This document shows positions 13,871-26,199 of a stretch of 64,000 nt of DNA, one piece after another. Made by a program: the position numbers and the translations under genes. This DNA comes from Cycas panzhihuaensis (taxonomy: Eukaryota; Plantae; Cycadophyta): NCBI GenBank assembly GCA_023213395.1, contig CM041465.1:90837741-90901740 (forward strand), in the 5' to 3' direction. The stretch's first letter is position 1. Each line of letters starts with the position of its first letter. Below the pieces are notes generated by a model that had not been told where the DNA came from, did no database searches, and saw only the letters and a program-made list of their open reading frames with translations.

Positions 13871-16800
13871 ATGATGGAGAAGATGATACATTAAGTTATC
13901 TTTAATGGAAATAATTTTAATGAGGAATTAGTGTTAATGGTGAATCAATTATAGGTGATTACCACAAATGAGTTGCTTACCATTTCATTAGATGAGAAGG
14001 AGAGAACTCATCTAAAAGAGAAGCAGTTAATGGTTGTAGGACTATTGAAGCTATATCTAGCTCCAGATTAGAGGGATCTCGTCCACAACCTAGAGAAATC
14101 AAATAAATTTGGGTAAAATTATATAAAATATTTAAGGAGAAGAAGATAAATTACCATGTTTCTTTAATGATGGGGCTTCTTAATAATATAGTGGAAGATG
14201 AAACTAACATTAGTACCTACCTAAATAAAATAGCAGATTTAAGGAACAAACTAGAGGAGATAAAACCTAGCTTAATCAATAGTGCATTATTATTTACAAT
14301 AATCATGTCAAAACTACTAGCAACATTTGGAACCTTTTAAACCATCTATGCAAAGGATGAAGTAATGGGGGGTGGATCATTTGAGACATTAAAGAATCTC
14401 ATTTTGATTGAAGATGTTAAGCTAAAGCACCATGGTGTACTCAATAGTTTTAAATCTAACCATACCTTGGTCATAAAGATATAGAAGAGAAATGGTGTTC
14501 AGAAATAGAAGCCTATACAAAAATTAGGAGAGATATCTTAGGAGAAGAAAAAGTTTGTTAGTAAATATAATTACTATAATAAGGATGGCCATAAGGAGAA
14601 AAATTATTGGTTCAAAAAGTAGGATAAACACAAAGAAAACTAGGATGATAAGGGAATGAGTGTTACAACTTATTGTATAAAAGTTTCATCCTTATCAATC
14701 AAATCAAATTGAAGAGACTATAGGATTTTGGACTTAAGAGTACATCGATGCATCTATTTTTAGAAGTAGAACTTTGATGCATTGAATGATATACCTAATA
14801 AAGTAAAAATCATTCTTGGGGATGCAAATGTGGTGCTTGTTAAGAGTGTTACCATTATGCATCTATTTTTAGAAGTAGAACTTTGATGCATGGAATGATA
14901 TACCTAGTAAAGTAAAAATCATTCTTGGGTATGCAAGTATGGTGCTTGTTAAGAGTGTTACCATTATTTCACTTGTAGATGGCAAATTCAAGGGTGTGTA
15001 CTATATACCTAAAATGAAAAAGAATCTTCTCTTAGCTTGGGAGATATACAAATAGGGTATGAAGGTTAGACTCCTTAAAGATAAATGCTTGATTAAGGAT
15101 CTAAAGGAGAATTTCTTTGTCATTGTTATGAGAAGAGTGGAGGATGATTTTTGGTATTTACAAAGTTTGAAACTTAGAATTAAATATATGCTTCTATTAC
15201 CAACATAAATAATGTGAGTAAATTGTGGCATGAATGCCTTGGTCACCTTAATTATAGAAGTATTACACTTATGAATCATTTTAAAATAGTGGAAAGATTG
15301 CCCCATGTTTCATATTTAGAGGGTATATGTGAAAGATGTGTGTATGGGAAGCTTCATTATTATCCTTTTGCTCACGATCATGCCTAGAGAGCTAAGGAAA
15401 AGTTGGAGCTTATACATACTAATTTGATGAGTCTACTCCCAAACCTTTATATATCTAAAGTTTGTTATACTTTAGTGCTTATAAATGATTATACTAAGAA
15501 GGCATGGGTATATTTCTTAAAGAGTAAGCCTGAAGTGTTTGACCTATTTCAAGAATGGAACGTACGTGTCAAGAATGAGTGTGATAAGAAAATTAAGATT
15601 TTGAACAGTGATAATGGCAAATAATATGATAATTATACCTTTAATCAATTCTACTTAGATCATGGTATTAAATGGGAACTAACCATCCTATATACCCTAC
15701 AATAAAATGGTGTTGCTAAGAGAAAAAATCATACCATAATGGAAATGGCAAGGTGTATGGTGTATTCAAAGACCTTGATGCCTATGTTTTGGGTAGAAGC
15801 TATCAGGGCTATCATCTTTATCATGAATAAGGTATTGATAAAAGTAGTTCAGAGCATGACCCTTGAAGAAAAATGGATTAATTGTAAACTTATCATTAAC
15901 CATATGAAGACCTGTGGGTGTATTGCATATACACACATCTTAGAATGAAAATCATAAAATATTGGATCACAAGAGTTAGAAGTGTATATTTGTGGGGTAT
16001 TGATATTAGAATAAAGTTTACAAACTATGGGATCCATAGGGAGAAAACTTGTGAGTAGTTGGGATGCAAAATTTAATGAGTTTATGACATATCATATTAA
16101 AAATATATTATCTGAAGAAACCTTTTACCCCCCACTACTTCCACTTTCTAATAGCGTTTCATCAACAATAGAAGACAAAGAACTAAGCATTGTGATTTAA
16201 AGGGAAGAGGGATTGAGTGGAGAAGGTAATAATGATGAGTTATCACATGAGGAGGCACTAATAACACCATGTACTTTGATGCTATTGTAGGCCAAGAAGA
16301 CCATTAAAGATTTTGGTATGACGTTCCAAAATCTTATAGATGGATGAAGGATGAGGAGCCAACTTATTAGTCAGACTTTGGTGGTTAACACCATGAAATC
16401 CCATAAAACCTAATTTGTATGGTAAAGCAAAAAATGATCCTCATTAAAGGGTTATTATAGAGGAGGAATTTAGTTCTCTAATTAGAAATGCCACATGGGA
16501 GTTAGTTCTTTCGTCTCCCAAGAAAAGTTTTGTTGGTTGTAAGTGGTTTATAAGACCAAGTTCCACTCTAATGGAGAGGTGGACAAGTATAAGGTAAGAC
16601 TTGTTGCATAGGGGTTTAAGTAGAAAGAAGGGATTAATTATGAGGAGATATTTTCACTAATCTCTAAAATGATAATAATTTATTTGATCCTTTTATTAGC
16701 AGAAAAATATAGTTAAGAGTCACATCAAATGGATGTGAAATAAACAGTCCTTAATGGAGAGTTTAAAGAGGAGATTTATATGGTGCAAACTCTTAGTTTC

Positions 16801-17925
16801 ATTAAGGAAGGGCATCAACACCTTATACGCTATTTAAAAGGTTCACTCCATGGCCTAAGATAAGCACCATATGCTTAGTATACTAAGATCAATGCCAGAT
16901 TGAAAGAAGAGGGATTTATTGTCACAAATCTAGAGATAAATATATATTTATTTAAAGGAGAGGAACTATAATAGTAGTTATGGTGTTATATGCTAATGAT
17001 TTATTCATTACTAGTAATTGTAATAAGACTATTATAGGAATAAAATCTAATTTAGGATTAACCTTCAACATGATAAAACCCAAGGCTCTATATTACTTCT
17101 TAGGCATTGAGGTAAGGCAAATGGAAGACAAACTTTTGGTGTCATATATAAAATATATGAAGAGCCTATTTGAGAAGTTCAAGATAGAGGACTGTAAGCC
17201 TATTAGAACACCATATACTAAAGGCATCAAACTACTAAAGGATATGAATAAGTTTGTAATATATGGAATGCTATATAGATAATTAGTAGGGAGTCTCAAC
17301 TACTTGACACATACCAGTCTAGATATTATGTACACTATTGAGGTAGTTTCTCACGACATGCAAAATCCCCAAGAATTGCATTAGGCTATTGCAAAGAGGA
17401 TTCTAAGATATGTGACGGGGACTTTATGTGTTGGTTTAGAGTACCTTTGACATGAAGAGATATAACTAGTTGGATATATTAATGTTGATTAGGGTGGAGA
17501 TGTTGCTAACTATGAGTCTACTATTGGATATATTTTCCATATTGGTAATGGACCTATTTCATGGTAGTTCAAGAAATAATAAATAATTGCATTATCATCC
17601 ACTAAGGTTGAGTATTAAGGTCTATCTATTGATATGAGGGAAGTTGTATGGTTGTAAGAGCTACTTAATGTTTTAGCAATATAAAGTAGAACATTAGTTA
17701 TATTGATCAATAATCAGAGTACCATCCATTTGTCGAAGAATTTAGAGTTTCATGCCCGTATAAAACATATTGAGATCTAACACCAACATATTCATGAGTA
17801 GATTTAGGTAGGGAAGTTGTAGATTAAGTATTGTCTGAGCAAAGATAAGCTTGTAAATGTATTCACAAAGGTGCTTACTAAAGATCAATTCACAAAGCTT
17901 TTAGCTAAGTTAAGACTTAATAAAA
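13871..17925 (+). pseudogene. Copia G gag-pol, disrupted
   Basis: Degenerate knuckle YNYYNKDGHKEKNYW; LWHECLGHLN...CERCVYGK (integrase HHCC); LELIHT, INDYTKKAWVYFLKSK; RT HQMDVK and LYANDL; RNase H IALSSTKVEY and KHIEI. Confidence 0.9.
14748..14965 (+). repeat. ~109-bp tandem duplication in the Copia G protease region
   Basis: ATGCATCTATTTT...GAGTGTTACCATT occurs at 14748-14856 and again at 14857-14965. Confidence 0.92.
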
Positions 17926-18023
17926 CTATCATTAACGGAGGATGTATCAACAACAATAATTCTTACCTTTGCTAGGAGACCTTTGACTAAAGCCTAATTC
18001 CTCACATTTCCATTAAGGGGGGA

Positions 18024-18336
18024 TGTTAGAGTGGTTACGTGTTAACCACATAGTTAATATAAGTGTGGTTTAATTAGTTGGTTGATTAATTAAATAACCA
18101 TAACTAACAAAGAATCTCATCTCTCTAAGTAAACGAACCATATGGGTTTGATATATACTAAGGCCTAGATTGAATGTATTATCTCAGTGGTGTAATTAAT
18201 GTAATAATTGATTTAGCTTAATATGTTTTTTCTTGAAAGGGTTTTCCATGTTAAACATATGCCTTTGATGTTTGTTTGCTGTGTATGATTGAGGTTTTGT
18301 AGTTTAGAATGCATGCATGTTTTATGTTTCTTCACA
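18024..18336 (+). repeat. 3' LTR of Copia G
   Basis: TGTTAG...TTCACA, preceded by the PPT and followed by TSD TAAAT. Confidence 0.88.
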
Positions 18337-21300
18337 TAAATTCATTTAATGTACTCTTAAAATTTTGCATCCTCACTCTTCATTTATTTCTCATTATTTT
18401 GAATCCATTTTCTTCTTCTTCTTTAAACTTCTTATGTATTTTGTATATTTCTAGTGGATAACTACAAAACACATAAACATATTCATTACAACCCTCATAT
18501 TTAAAAGACATGTTTTCATAACAAATTTGTTGGCCTTAAATGTGATTTAAAAAATCTAACTAGCTTTCCTTAAGGAAACCTTTTCTAATTTATAACTTCA
18601 TGCAAATATAGGTGAAGGTTATGGGCTTCTTTATCATGTTTAGTCCCAGAGTTACAAAACTTCCTACAACATTATAAATGTAAGTGAAATTTTCATTGTA
18701 TGAATATTCTAGTAGAAGGTTTGGTGTACAAATCCATGTAAGTATAGAAGGCAAAATTTCTTCCAATGGATTAAAGTGGAGGTTCGATGGTCACATGAAC
18801 AAGCCTACTCTACTTAAGAATTAGATGTCTAATTAAAAAAAATTATTTATATTCTCCTTTTAAGCAAAAATGACTATAAGAAAGCCTTTTCCATAAGAGT
18901 AACATTATATATCCCTTTGGTCTTCAATATCTTTTTCATCCATTCACGAAGAGTCCTTTAGACTAACCAAAGCTTATTGAATTTATAAATTAATATGTAT
19001 CTAATATCTTATATGCTCCTCTTTAAACATATTCTTAATTAGTGTCTATTAATAGGTTTGATTTAGCTTTCATTACACATGTATTATGGGTTTTTTTCAA
19101 GTTTATATTACTTTGGTTATAACCTACACTTTTACCTTTAGACTCATTTGAGAGGTATTTCTTTCAAATATACGGTTTTTATTTTAAGAGAGCCATTGAG
19201 ATTGAGCATAGTTATATGAGAGGAGAAGTATAGTGAAGGAAGGGGGAGGGGAAGATTACAAACTTGAACTCAAATGCCATGTCATATTAAACCCTAATAA
19301 AGCTTCACTAATAAACCCCTCTATTGAGTTTGATAAAAGGTTGTAACTATTGTCATTTATAAATGAAATATATAGTACAAAAAAAATGTGCCTATTAATT
19401 ATTTTAGTGGATTCTTGAATATAAATTTCTTAGAGAGGTAACACACTAATTATAAGATAATTTATTAGATTTGTTATTAGTTATATGTTATACATCAATG
19501 ACAAAATTTATTATAATAAGCCATCTTACTTAAAAACATGAATAACTTACAATCATATACCATGACTATATCTATATATGGCATTTTAAAATCATATCAA
19601 TTTGATTTCACCCCTTAAAGGACCCTTTTAACTATTTTATCATTACTTAAAGATTTATTTATATTTTTTCCCTCTTGTTACACTTAGAATTTTATTAAAT
19701 GGAAACTTCTTTCAAGTATATTAGGGAACTATGACAAGATGCTGAACTTACATTTGAGTTGCACAAATTAATAGAAGATGAATTGTGAAGTTAAAATAAT
19801 GTAATATAAACATTTAGCATAATATGCTATACTATATATATGATTTAAAATGCTCATTTGTATTTTATTCATATTTATAACTTTATTAATATTATTTATA
19901 AACCATAGAATATGCCAAAATTTTAAGTATTAAAGAAAACACTTCTTTACAAATGTTGTGACTTTTTCTGTATTCCTTAATAGTTAAGTATGAAGGGATG
20001 AAAGGGACATCTAAAACTGTGTGTACTAATATAACTTACTTAAATCCCAGTTTGTCTTAGATAAGCACATATAAAATATAATATTTCAAAATCTTTTTGG
20101 TGTATCTAAAGGTACACAAAATAGTCCTAGCTACTTATAAATTTGTATAAAAGAATATGCAAAACAAATTTATTATCATAATCTACTCACGAGCAAACTT
20201 TTAAGGTATAAAATATTATTTTAGTACTTTGGGAATTAGGTAGTGACATGATAAAATCTATTATTCTATCTTCTCTCTTTTCTTTCCCTCTCATCTTCTC
20301 TCACGTGTATAACTAGCTTTCTTTTTGAAGACCCTTTCAAAGTTAAACCATAAAAAGAGAATCCATGAATATCACAATAAAATCAATTATATCACAATAC
20401 ATAAATTTTAATTATTATTACTTCTTTCATATATCTAATAATTGAGAATGGTCATTTTTAATCAAACATAAACTTATTTTTTTGTATGACATATCTAGGA
20501 TATTAATCATCTTATTTGCAATGTGGATAAGTGATGTGGTAAAAGCACACTTAAGGTTGCTTTTGACCAAAGCCCAATAACTTATAAGGGATGGTTCCAC
20601 CATTTCTATTTACATTATAATCTCAATATGATTCAAAATACTTATATTAAATATGTAAACAGTAATGACTAATTCCTCAACGAAGGCTATGAATATAATT
20701 TATTAATTCTATGCATGTGTACCTAACTCAAGGAGAAATGTATTTATTCAAATACTTTATAAAGGATGTCTTCTTGTCTACAACACAGTATATTATATGT
20801 TATATCTTACCTAGTGTTCGAGAAGTTGATTGAGATTCATGGGCCTTATTATCTCGATACATCTACAATTTGCTTTTTAGTGAGGTTCTTCTTTTGTCTA
20901 TTAATTGGGAGTTGTGAAAAGTACATTTGGGGACCTAAAAAGTGCAAAGGAGAGCCCATATAAAAATATCCCACGTATATCTCGAGATGCGACTTCCATT
21001 GTATAATGCTCCATTACGAAACCCAATTAATATATATATATATATAAGATATTAAGGAAACTAATGAATGCCTTGACTATTATCCTCCCCCTATTGGGGC
21101 CCCCCTTTCAAACTCACAAAAGCACCCAAAACTATGAGCATTCACTTTAATCAACATACAAAATTGCAACAGCTAACAAGCACTTGTCAATCTTGTATGG
21201 TACAAAGAAACCACCAACGATACCTTTGCGTAAATATAGAGTAACAAAGTGAGCAACAAATCAAATTCTTTCTTAGGAAAAGCATTGTCTAAGCAATTCA

Positions 21301-21919
21301 TAAAACCACTACAATAAAGAGAGGGGTGAATTATCCGACTTTATATAAAGGAGCAAAATAATTAAGAATCCCACTTAACAAGGGTCAATGCCCGTATCAA
21401 GAGGTCATTCACATACTCAACCTCTATAAATTGATGGAAAAGTGCATGCTTTAGGAATTGAAGCAGTAATAAACCAAATTTTGTCATCTTTCCAATGGTG
21501 TCATAAATTCAACAAATGAAAGTGAGCAATTCCAACATTCACTCAATTGTACTTAGCATATTAGTATAATGGTTTTATGTCCTAAATTTCTAAATAAACA
21601 TCACAAGGTCAAAACCTTATGGATGTAGGGTAACATAAACATAGTGGCTATGCCAGGTTTCCCATGTGGGCATGGGTGCTCTGCTTAAAATGTCCCTTTA
21701 CTCCCTTTACATGCATTAAATAAAAGTGGAAAAGTGGAAAGCGAATTGCGATGGCAATAGGGTGTTACTCCAAAGCCATCAAATTAACAACACTTTTTCC
21801 TAGTAACTTGAAGGAACACCGATAATGGTTTCCTAAGCCAACAGTCCAACATGGGGTCGGGAAAGCCGCCGATTGAATTACCACCGTCCGATGATGCCGC
21901 CCACCCAAATACTTTATAG

Positions 21920-22050
21920 ATGCCACGTGGATAATTTAACGAGGTCACTAACATAAGTTTCGTCCAGACATCACAAATGAAATTGCACCCAAATTTCACC
22001 AATATGCACGTATAAACCAGTCGTGCTGCCACGTAGTTAATGACGTCACA
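21920..22050 (+). promoter_or_regulatory. ACGT-element cluster, probable light/bZIP-responsive promoter of the B-box gene
   Basis: G-box CACGTG 21924-21929 next to GGATAA; CCAAT 21999-22003; CACGTA 22007-22012 overlapping TATAAA 22011-22016; GCCACGTA 22028-22035; C-box TGACGTCA 22041-22048. CpGs are retained here. Confidence 0.65.
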
Positions 22051-22488
22051 CCATTTCTCAGAAGAGTGAGCACTTTGGCACTCTCTAGGGACAGGTGGAC
22101 GCACTTCATAGGCCCCAATCTTAATTCTCAGCACGCTTTCGCAGAACAAAAACCTTTTTGAAAAAAGTTTAAGACATTTAATGGATGGTTTTCAACTGAA
22201 AAATACCGCCGCATTCGGTGCACTTTTAGAGGTAAACGGCGGAGAAGGTAAACGGTAAAGCATTCCGTTTACTTTGTGTCGCAGTAAAAAACAGTGGATG
22301 TCGGAAGTCTCCCTACTGTAAATCTCTGGAGGAGTTTAAGCTGGCTTTAGTGGCTCTCAATTTCTGCACGAAATCCTTTCGTTAAAGCTCGAATTAAGTT
22401 CAACTTTAGTACAAATTTGAGCATTCCTGGCTTCAAATCGGATCCGGAGCACCATAGTTTGTGTGGATTCGGCGTTTTCTCCTTCAAA

Positions 22489-22590
22489 ATGGAGGAGATT
22501 TTGAGCAAAATGGACGAATTCGGTGCTATAATCCTTGATAATTCCTGTATGAAAATTTCTGGAGGTTTTAGAGCACAATGGACCGTTTAG
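22489..22590 (+). other. Candidate upstream ORF (33 aa)
   Basis: ATG in AAAATGG context, reading MEEILSKMDEFGAIILDNSCMKISGGFRAQWTV*. Same frame as the main ATG. It is a uORF only if transcription starts upstream of 22489. Confidence 0.45.
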
Positions 22591-22653
22591 AGCCTCGTCA
22601 TACATGGTATTTATAGTTTGATCGACACAAGGTAAGAAAAATTAAGCGGAAAA

Positions 22654-23226
22654 ATGGAACCAATCTGTGAATTTTGTGGGGAAATTAGGTCTACTGTGTA
22701 CTGTAGAGCAGACGCAGCCCGTCTTTGTTTATCATGTGACAGGCATGTCCACGCAGCAAATGCTCTTTCGGAGCGGCATCCTCGTACCCTTCTTTGTGAT
22801 GGATGCAATATGCACCCGGCAGAAATTAGATGTGTTAACGAAAAATTATCCCTCTGTCAAAATTGCGATAGAAATACTCATTCAACCTCGCCACAGCATA
22901 AGAGACGGCCAATCAGTTGGTATACAGGATGCCCATCCTCTGCCGAGCTTGCTGAGTTGTGGGGTTGTGATTTGAGTGTTTTTTCAAGGGATAATAAAGA
23001 CGCGTCAAATGTTTCAGGGCTTCCTCCAATGGATGACATTAATAAAGGGTTGGGTAATTCAGGGACACTGGATTCTGTGGTGTCTGGCACAGGAAATACA
23101 GGTCTTGCCCATAATTTTGGTTCATGGATGGAAGTTTCTTCTTCAGTGGCTGCTTTATCGGAGAAGAAGGTGAATACTCTGTTCTTTACTTCAGAGGATT
23201 CAGATAGATCCATGCCCCCTAACGAG
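22654..23226 (+). CDS. First coding exon of a CONSTANS-like B-box zinc finger protein (two B-boxes, COL9-COL15 type); CCT-domain exons not in the window
   Basis: Intact ORF with B-box1 CEFC...[27 protein letters not shown], divergent B-box2 CDGC...C...LCQNCD..H...H, and the subfamily motif [15 protein letters not shown]. Donor GAG|GTAAAT at 23226/23227, phase 0. Confidence 0.93.
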
Positions 23227-24007
23227 GTAAATTGATTTTCTTCTCTGTTACAGCTATGGTGCTTAAGATGATTTATTACATTAATTAAATGTTACAGCTT
23301 TCGTTTTTGGGTGTGTGCATGCGTGTTTATGTATGCATGTACACAAATGTATGGATACATGTGTGTATGTGTGTGGGTACACGTAGATATACCTCTGTAG
23401 GTACGTACACACGCACACACACATTTTTGGGTCATCAGATGAGTCTTTTGACCGGGCTTTTGAAACAAAATGAAAAGGAATAGTTGCTTCTTAACGTGTC
23501 AATGCACTGCTGGCTCAAGATGATGAATACAAATTCTGAGCAATTTGGACTCATGTTTTAGTGCAACAGCAGGGAATAGAAAGGTTCAGCAATCACACGA
23601 CATTTCTTGAGTTTGGTTATGCATAAATGGTTTGTTGCTTCTTAGGGATGCAGGATAGAAACAGAATTTTTTTTATGTCAACTTAAGACCAAAACAATCG
23701 GTCTATGTGACAGTGAGAACATCCAATCAAACAGACAGACAGGGTGCCTATTCCTGCCGTCGGTTAAAGTCTAATCGTTTAAAGTACGGAATACAGAATG
23801 CAAAGCACTAAAGGATACAGGTTATTCCTTAATATGGCAAGAATGGTAGTAAAAGGTAGCAGATAAAGAAAGTCCAGATCCAAGGAAGGACTGCATGGTC
23901 ATATGCGAAGGGATATCTGGAGTGGTATATATGAATCATGACAATGTGCAAGTAGTCTACAGCAGCTTCCAAAGAAGCTGGTGCACTCGTATCAGACCAA
24001 CCAATGG

Positions 24008-24419
24008 GAAGTGAACGTAAAGCTCTGTCATGAGAAGGATAGAAACTAGTGAATGAGGGAATCATGTGATGCCCTGGAATGGATACTATCTCAAACGCCT
24101 GTCTTGGCAGATTTTCTTCACCTCAAATATGGCATATCATAACCCCCAGGTCTTCATCCACTGGGCATGCCCTGGGTCAGAAGACAGTGTTGAACTATGC
24201 TTGCATCTCTGGTTGAAGTCACCGTAAAGCTCTGTCATAAGAAGGATAGAAACTAGTGAATGAGGGAATCATGTGATGCCCTGGAATGGATACTATCTCA
24301 AACGCCTGTCTTGGCAGGTTTTCTTCACCTCAAATATGACATATAACCCCCAGGTCTTAATCCGCTGGACATGCCCTGGGTCAGAAGACGGTGTTGAACT
24401 ATGCATGCATCTCTAGTTG
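24008..24419. repeat. ~207-bp tandem duplication, two near-identical copies
   Basis: GAAGT...CGTAAAGCTCTGTCAT...GCATCTCT.GTT at 24008-24214 and 24215-24419. Confidence 0.95.
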
Positions 24420-24422
24420 GGC

Positions 24423-25830
24423 TTATGAAGCATTTTCTTGTTGAAATGAGGGTTCATGCTGGAAGAAAGAGATGATAGGCCTCTGTGAGGAAGGGTGAGA
24501 ATGTGGGCCCTTTTCTCTTATGAAATTTCTTCTGTGGAAGAACATCTCTCTAATGAAGTGTGCAACACGCTTTTTGGTCCTCATAACTAATGGAAACACA
24601 ACAAACTCCTCCAGAGCCTTTGAACAAATACACCTTGATATCCCTTTTGGGTCTTGTAATAAACAGGACAATGAAAAATGAAATGCGCTTCCATCTGGAT
24701 ATGAAGGGTGCAGCGTTGGCAAACTCAAGTGCCCCTATCAATATGGTGCTTTGTCTCCAACCAAAGTTAATGTGAATAGACTCCAAACTTGCCCCTGGAG
24801 ATTGCCAGGTTGTGGGTCATATACAAATGGCTATATCAGGGTGGAATAATACCTCCCTTTGATAATTGAATATAGTGCTGAGAAGGATCTTTTTGAAAAG
24901 GGGACTGAAGGGAGGAATTTAAGTGGTAGAGATGAACTATGTATAAATCTAGTCTCTTAACTGTTGTGTTGCTCTTTTTCTTCAATAAGGCTAGATGAAG
25001 AGCATCCAATGGAAAATAAGTAGGGGGAAGGTGATCAGTGGAGCTACCATGATTGAGGAGGAAAGATGAGACCTGCTTATACCACTTAATATGTCTGGAC
25101 CCGGTAGTACATGAATGCCTGTCTGTCATCAAGTTCACAGAGGAGTAAAGAGCTTGGAATGGATACCAATTCTGCCCTTTTTGGGAGTCTGCCATGTATC
25201 TAATCCTGTAAATGTATTAAACTAATCTAAAGATGGTCTTGAGTTTCAACAGATGCACACCAAACTCTGACTGCATAACCATGCGGAAAGCAAACTGCTT
25301 ACTTTGAATTGGTCAAGAAAGAATGGATGTTTGGACTTTCTCCAGTTGGTCCCAATCTATAGTAGGGAGACTTGAGCCCCAAACCGCATATCCATAGAGT
25401 ATTGTGGATTTGAGTAAAGTTAAAGAGCATCATTTTGGTGGGAATGCTTTGAAAGTGAAGTTGGAAATGCCATCTCTCCAAAATTGTGAGTGAAGCATAC
25501 TGTTGAGTCAACCCAGAGTGGGTTGATTGCTTCAAATTAAGTCCAGTCCCTTGGGAACTGGACTTCTAAATAAGTCTAAGAATTCACCACCTCAACCACT
25601 TGACCTTTAAAGGTAAAGGACAATCTTGACAGGACCTCACCAACAGTCTTCAACTGCACCACCTTAGTTTTACCCAATTTCACTTCCAACTATCTGCTAT
25701 CAAAAAAGAGGTCCAAATAATTGAGTTGCCATTGGAGCCCCTTTGGGGTGGAGGAGAGCAGGATGACATCATCTGTGAAAAGGATAAGAGCAATCAAAAT
25801 TTGGAGAAGTGCACAACTATCTTCGAGGCA
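24423..25830 (-). mobile_element. 5'-truncated non-L1 LINE: RT C-terminal half and C-terminal CCHC region
   Basis: Minus strand reads LILFTDDVILLSSTPKGLQWQL (YADD-equivalent), EVKLGKTK, EVVNS*TYLEVQF, TILYGYAVWG, AEFG-like, SH*LWLE, and VCQRCTLH...EAHFIFHCPVY. Clade not resolved by eye (RTE-, L2- or CR1-like signatures). Confidence 0.82.
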
Positions 25831-26199
25831 TGTGTTCCTGAATGTTCTTCCCCATGTCATCAGTGTAAGCTTTTTGGCAAAACTGTTGTTGATATCATCG
25901 GTGAAGGATAACTGTGCCAAAGAACACTTTGTGGATTGATGAGAAAATCCAAGGATCTACAATGGGAGAAATACAACTTGGTTTTTGTCAAGATGGCACT
26001 TGTAACTACATCGTCTAAAATCAAGTGATTCATTTAAAATTAATGTATGGACTAATTTATGAAAGGTTGGGAGAAAAATGGCTAAGCGGAGATGGAAATG
26101 ATAAGGAGGAATGAACTGTATGCGCAGGCATTCCCATGATAAGGATGACGTAAACAATTGGTGGGTCGCATGCTATTCTTGCTTTCTCTAGCCTTACAA

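Larger units (their letters stand above)
12158..18336 (+). mobile_element. Old, heavily decayed Ty1/Copia element (G)
   Basis: LTRs at 12158-12490 and 18024-18336, TSD TAAAT at 12153-12157 and 18337-18341, PBS TGGTATTAGAG at 12492, PPT AAGGGGGGA at 18015-18023. Domain order gag-PR-INT-RT-RH. Confidence 0.9.

Noticed and set aside
20962-20970. AAAATATCC as an evening element
   Set aside because: One mismatch from AAAATATCT in AT-rich sequence 1.7 kb from the ATG; expected by chance.
21784-22605. Antisense ORFs 21784-22149 and 22357-22605 as a divergent gene
   Set aside because: No recognisable domain. Longer ORFs are expected in this more GC-rich promoter and leader region.
23289-23483. 64-aa ORF as possible exon 2 after acceptor TTACAG at 23297
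   Set aside because: It is a translation of TG/TA/CA simple repeats, has no similarity to CONSTANS-like middle or CCT regions, and ends in a stop.
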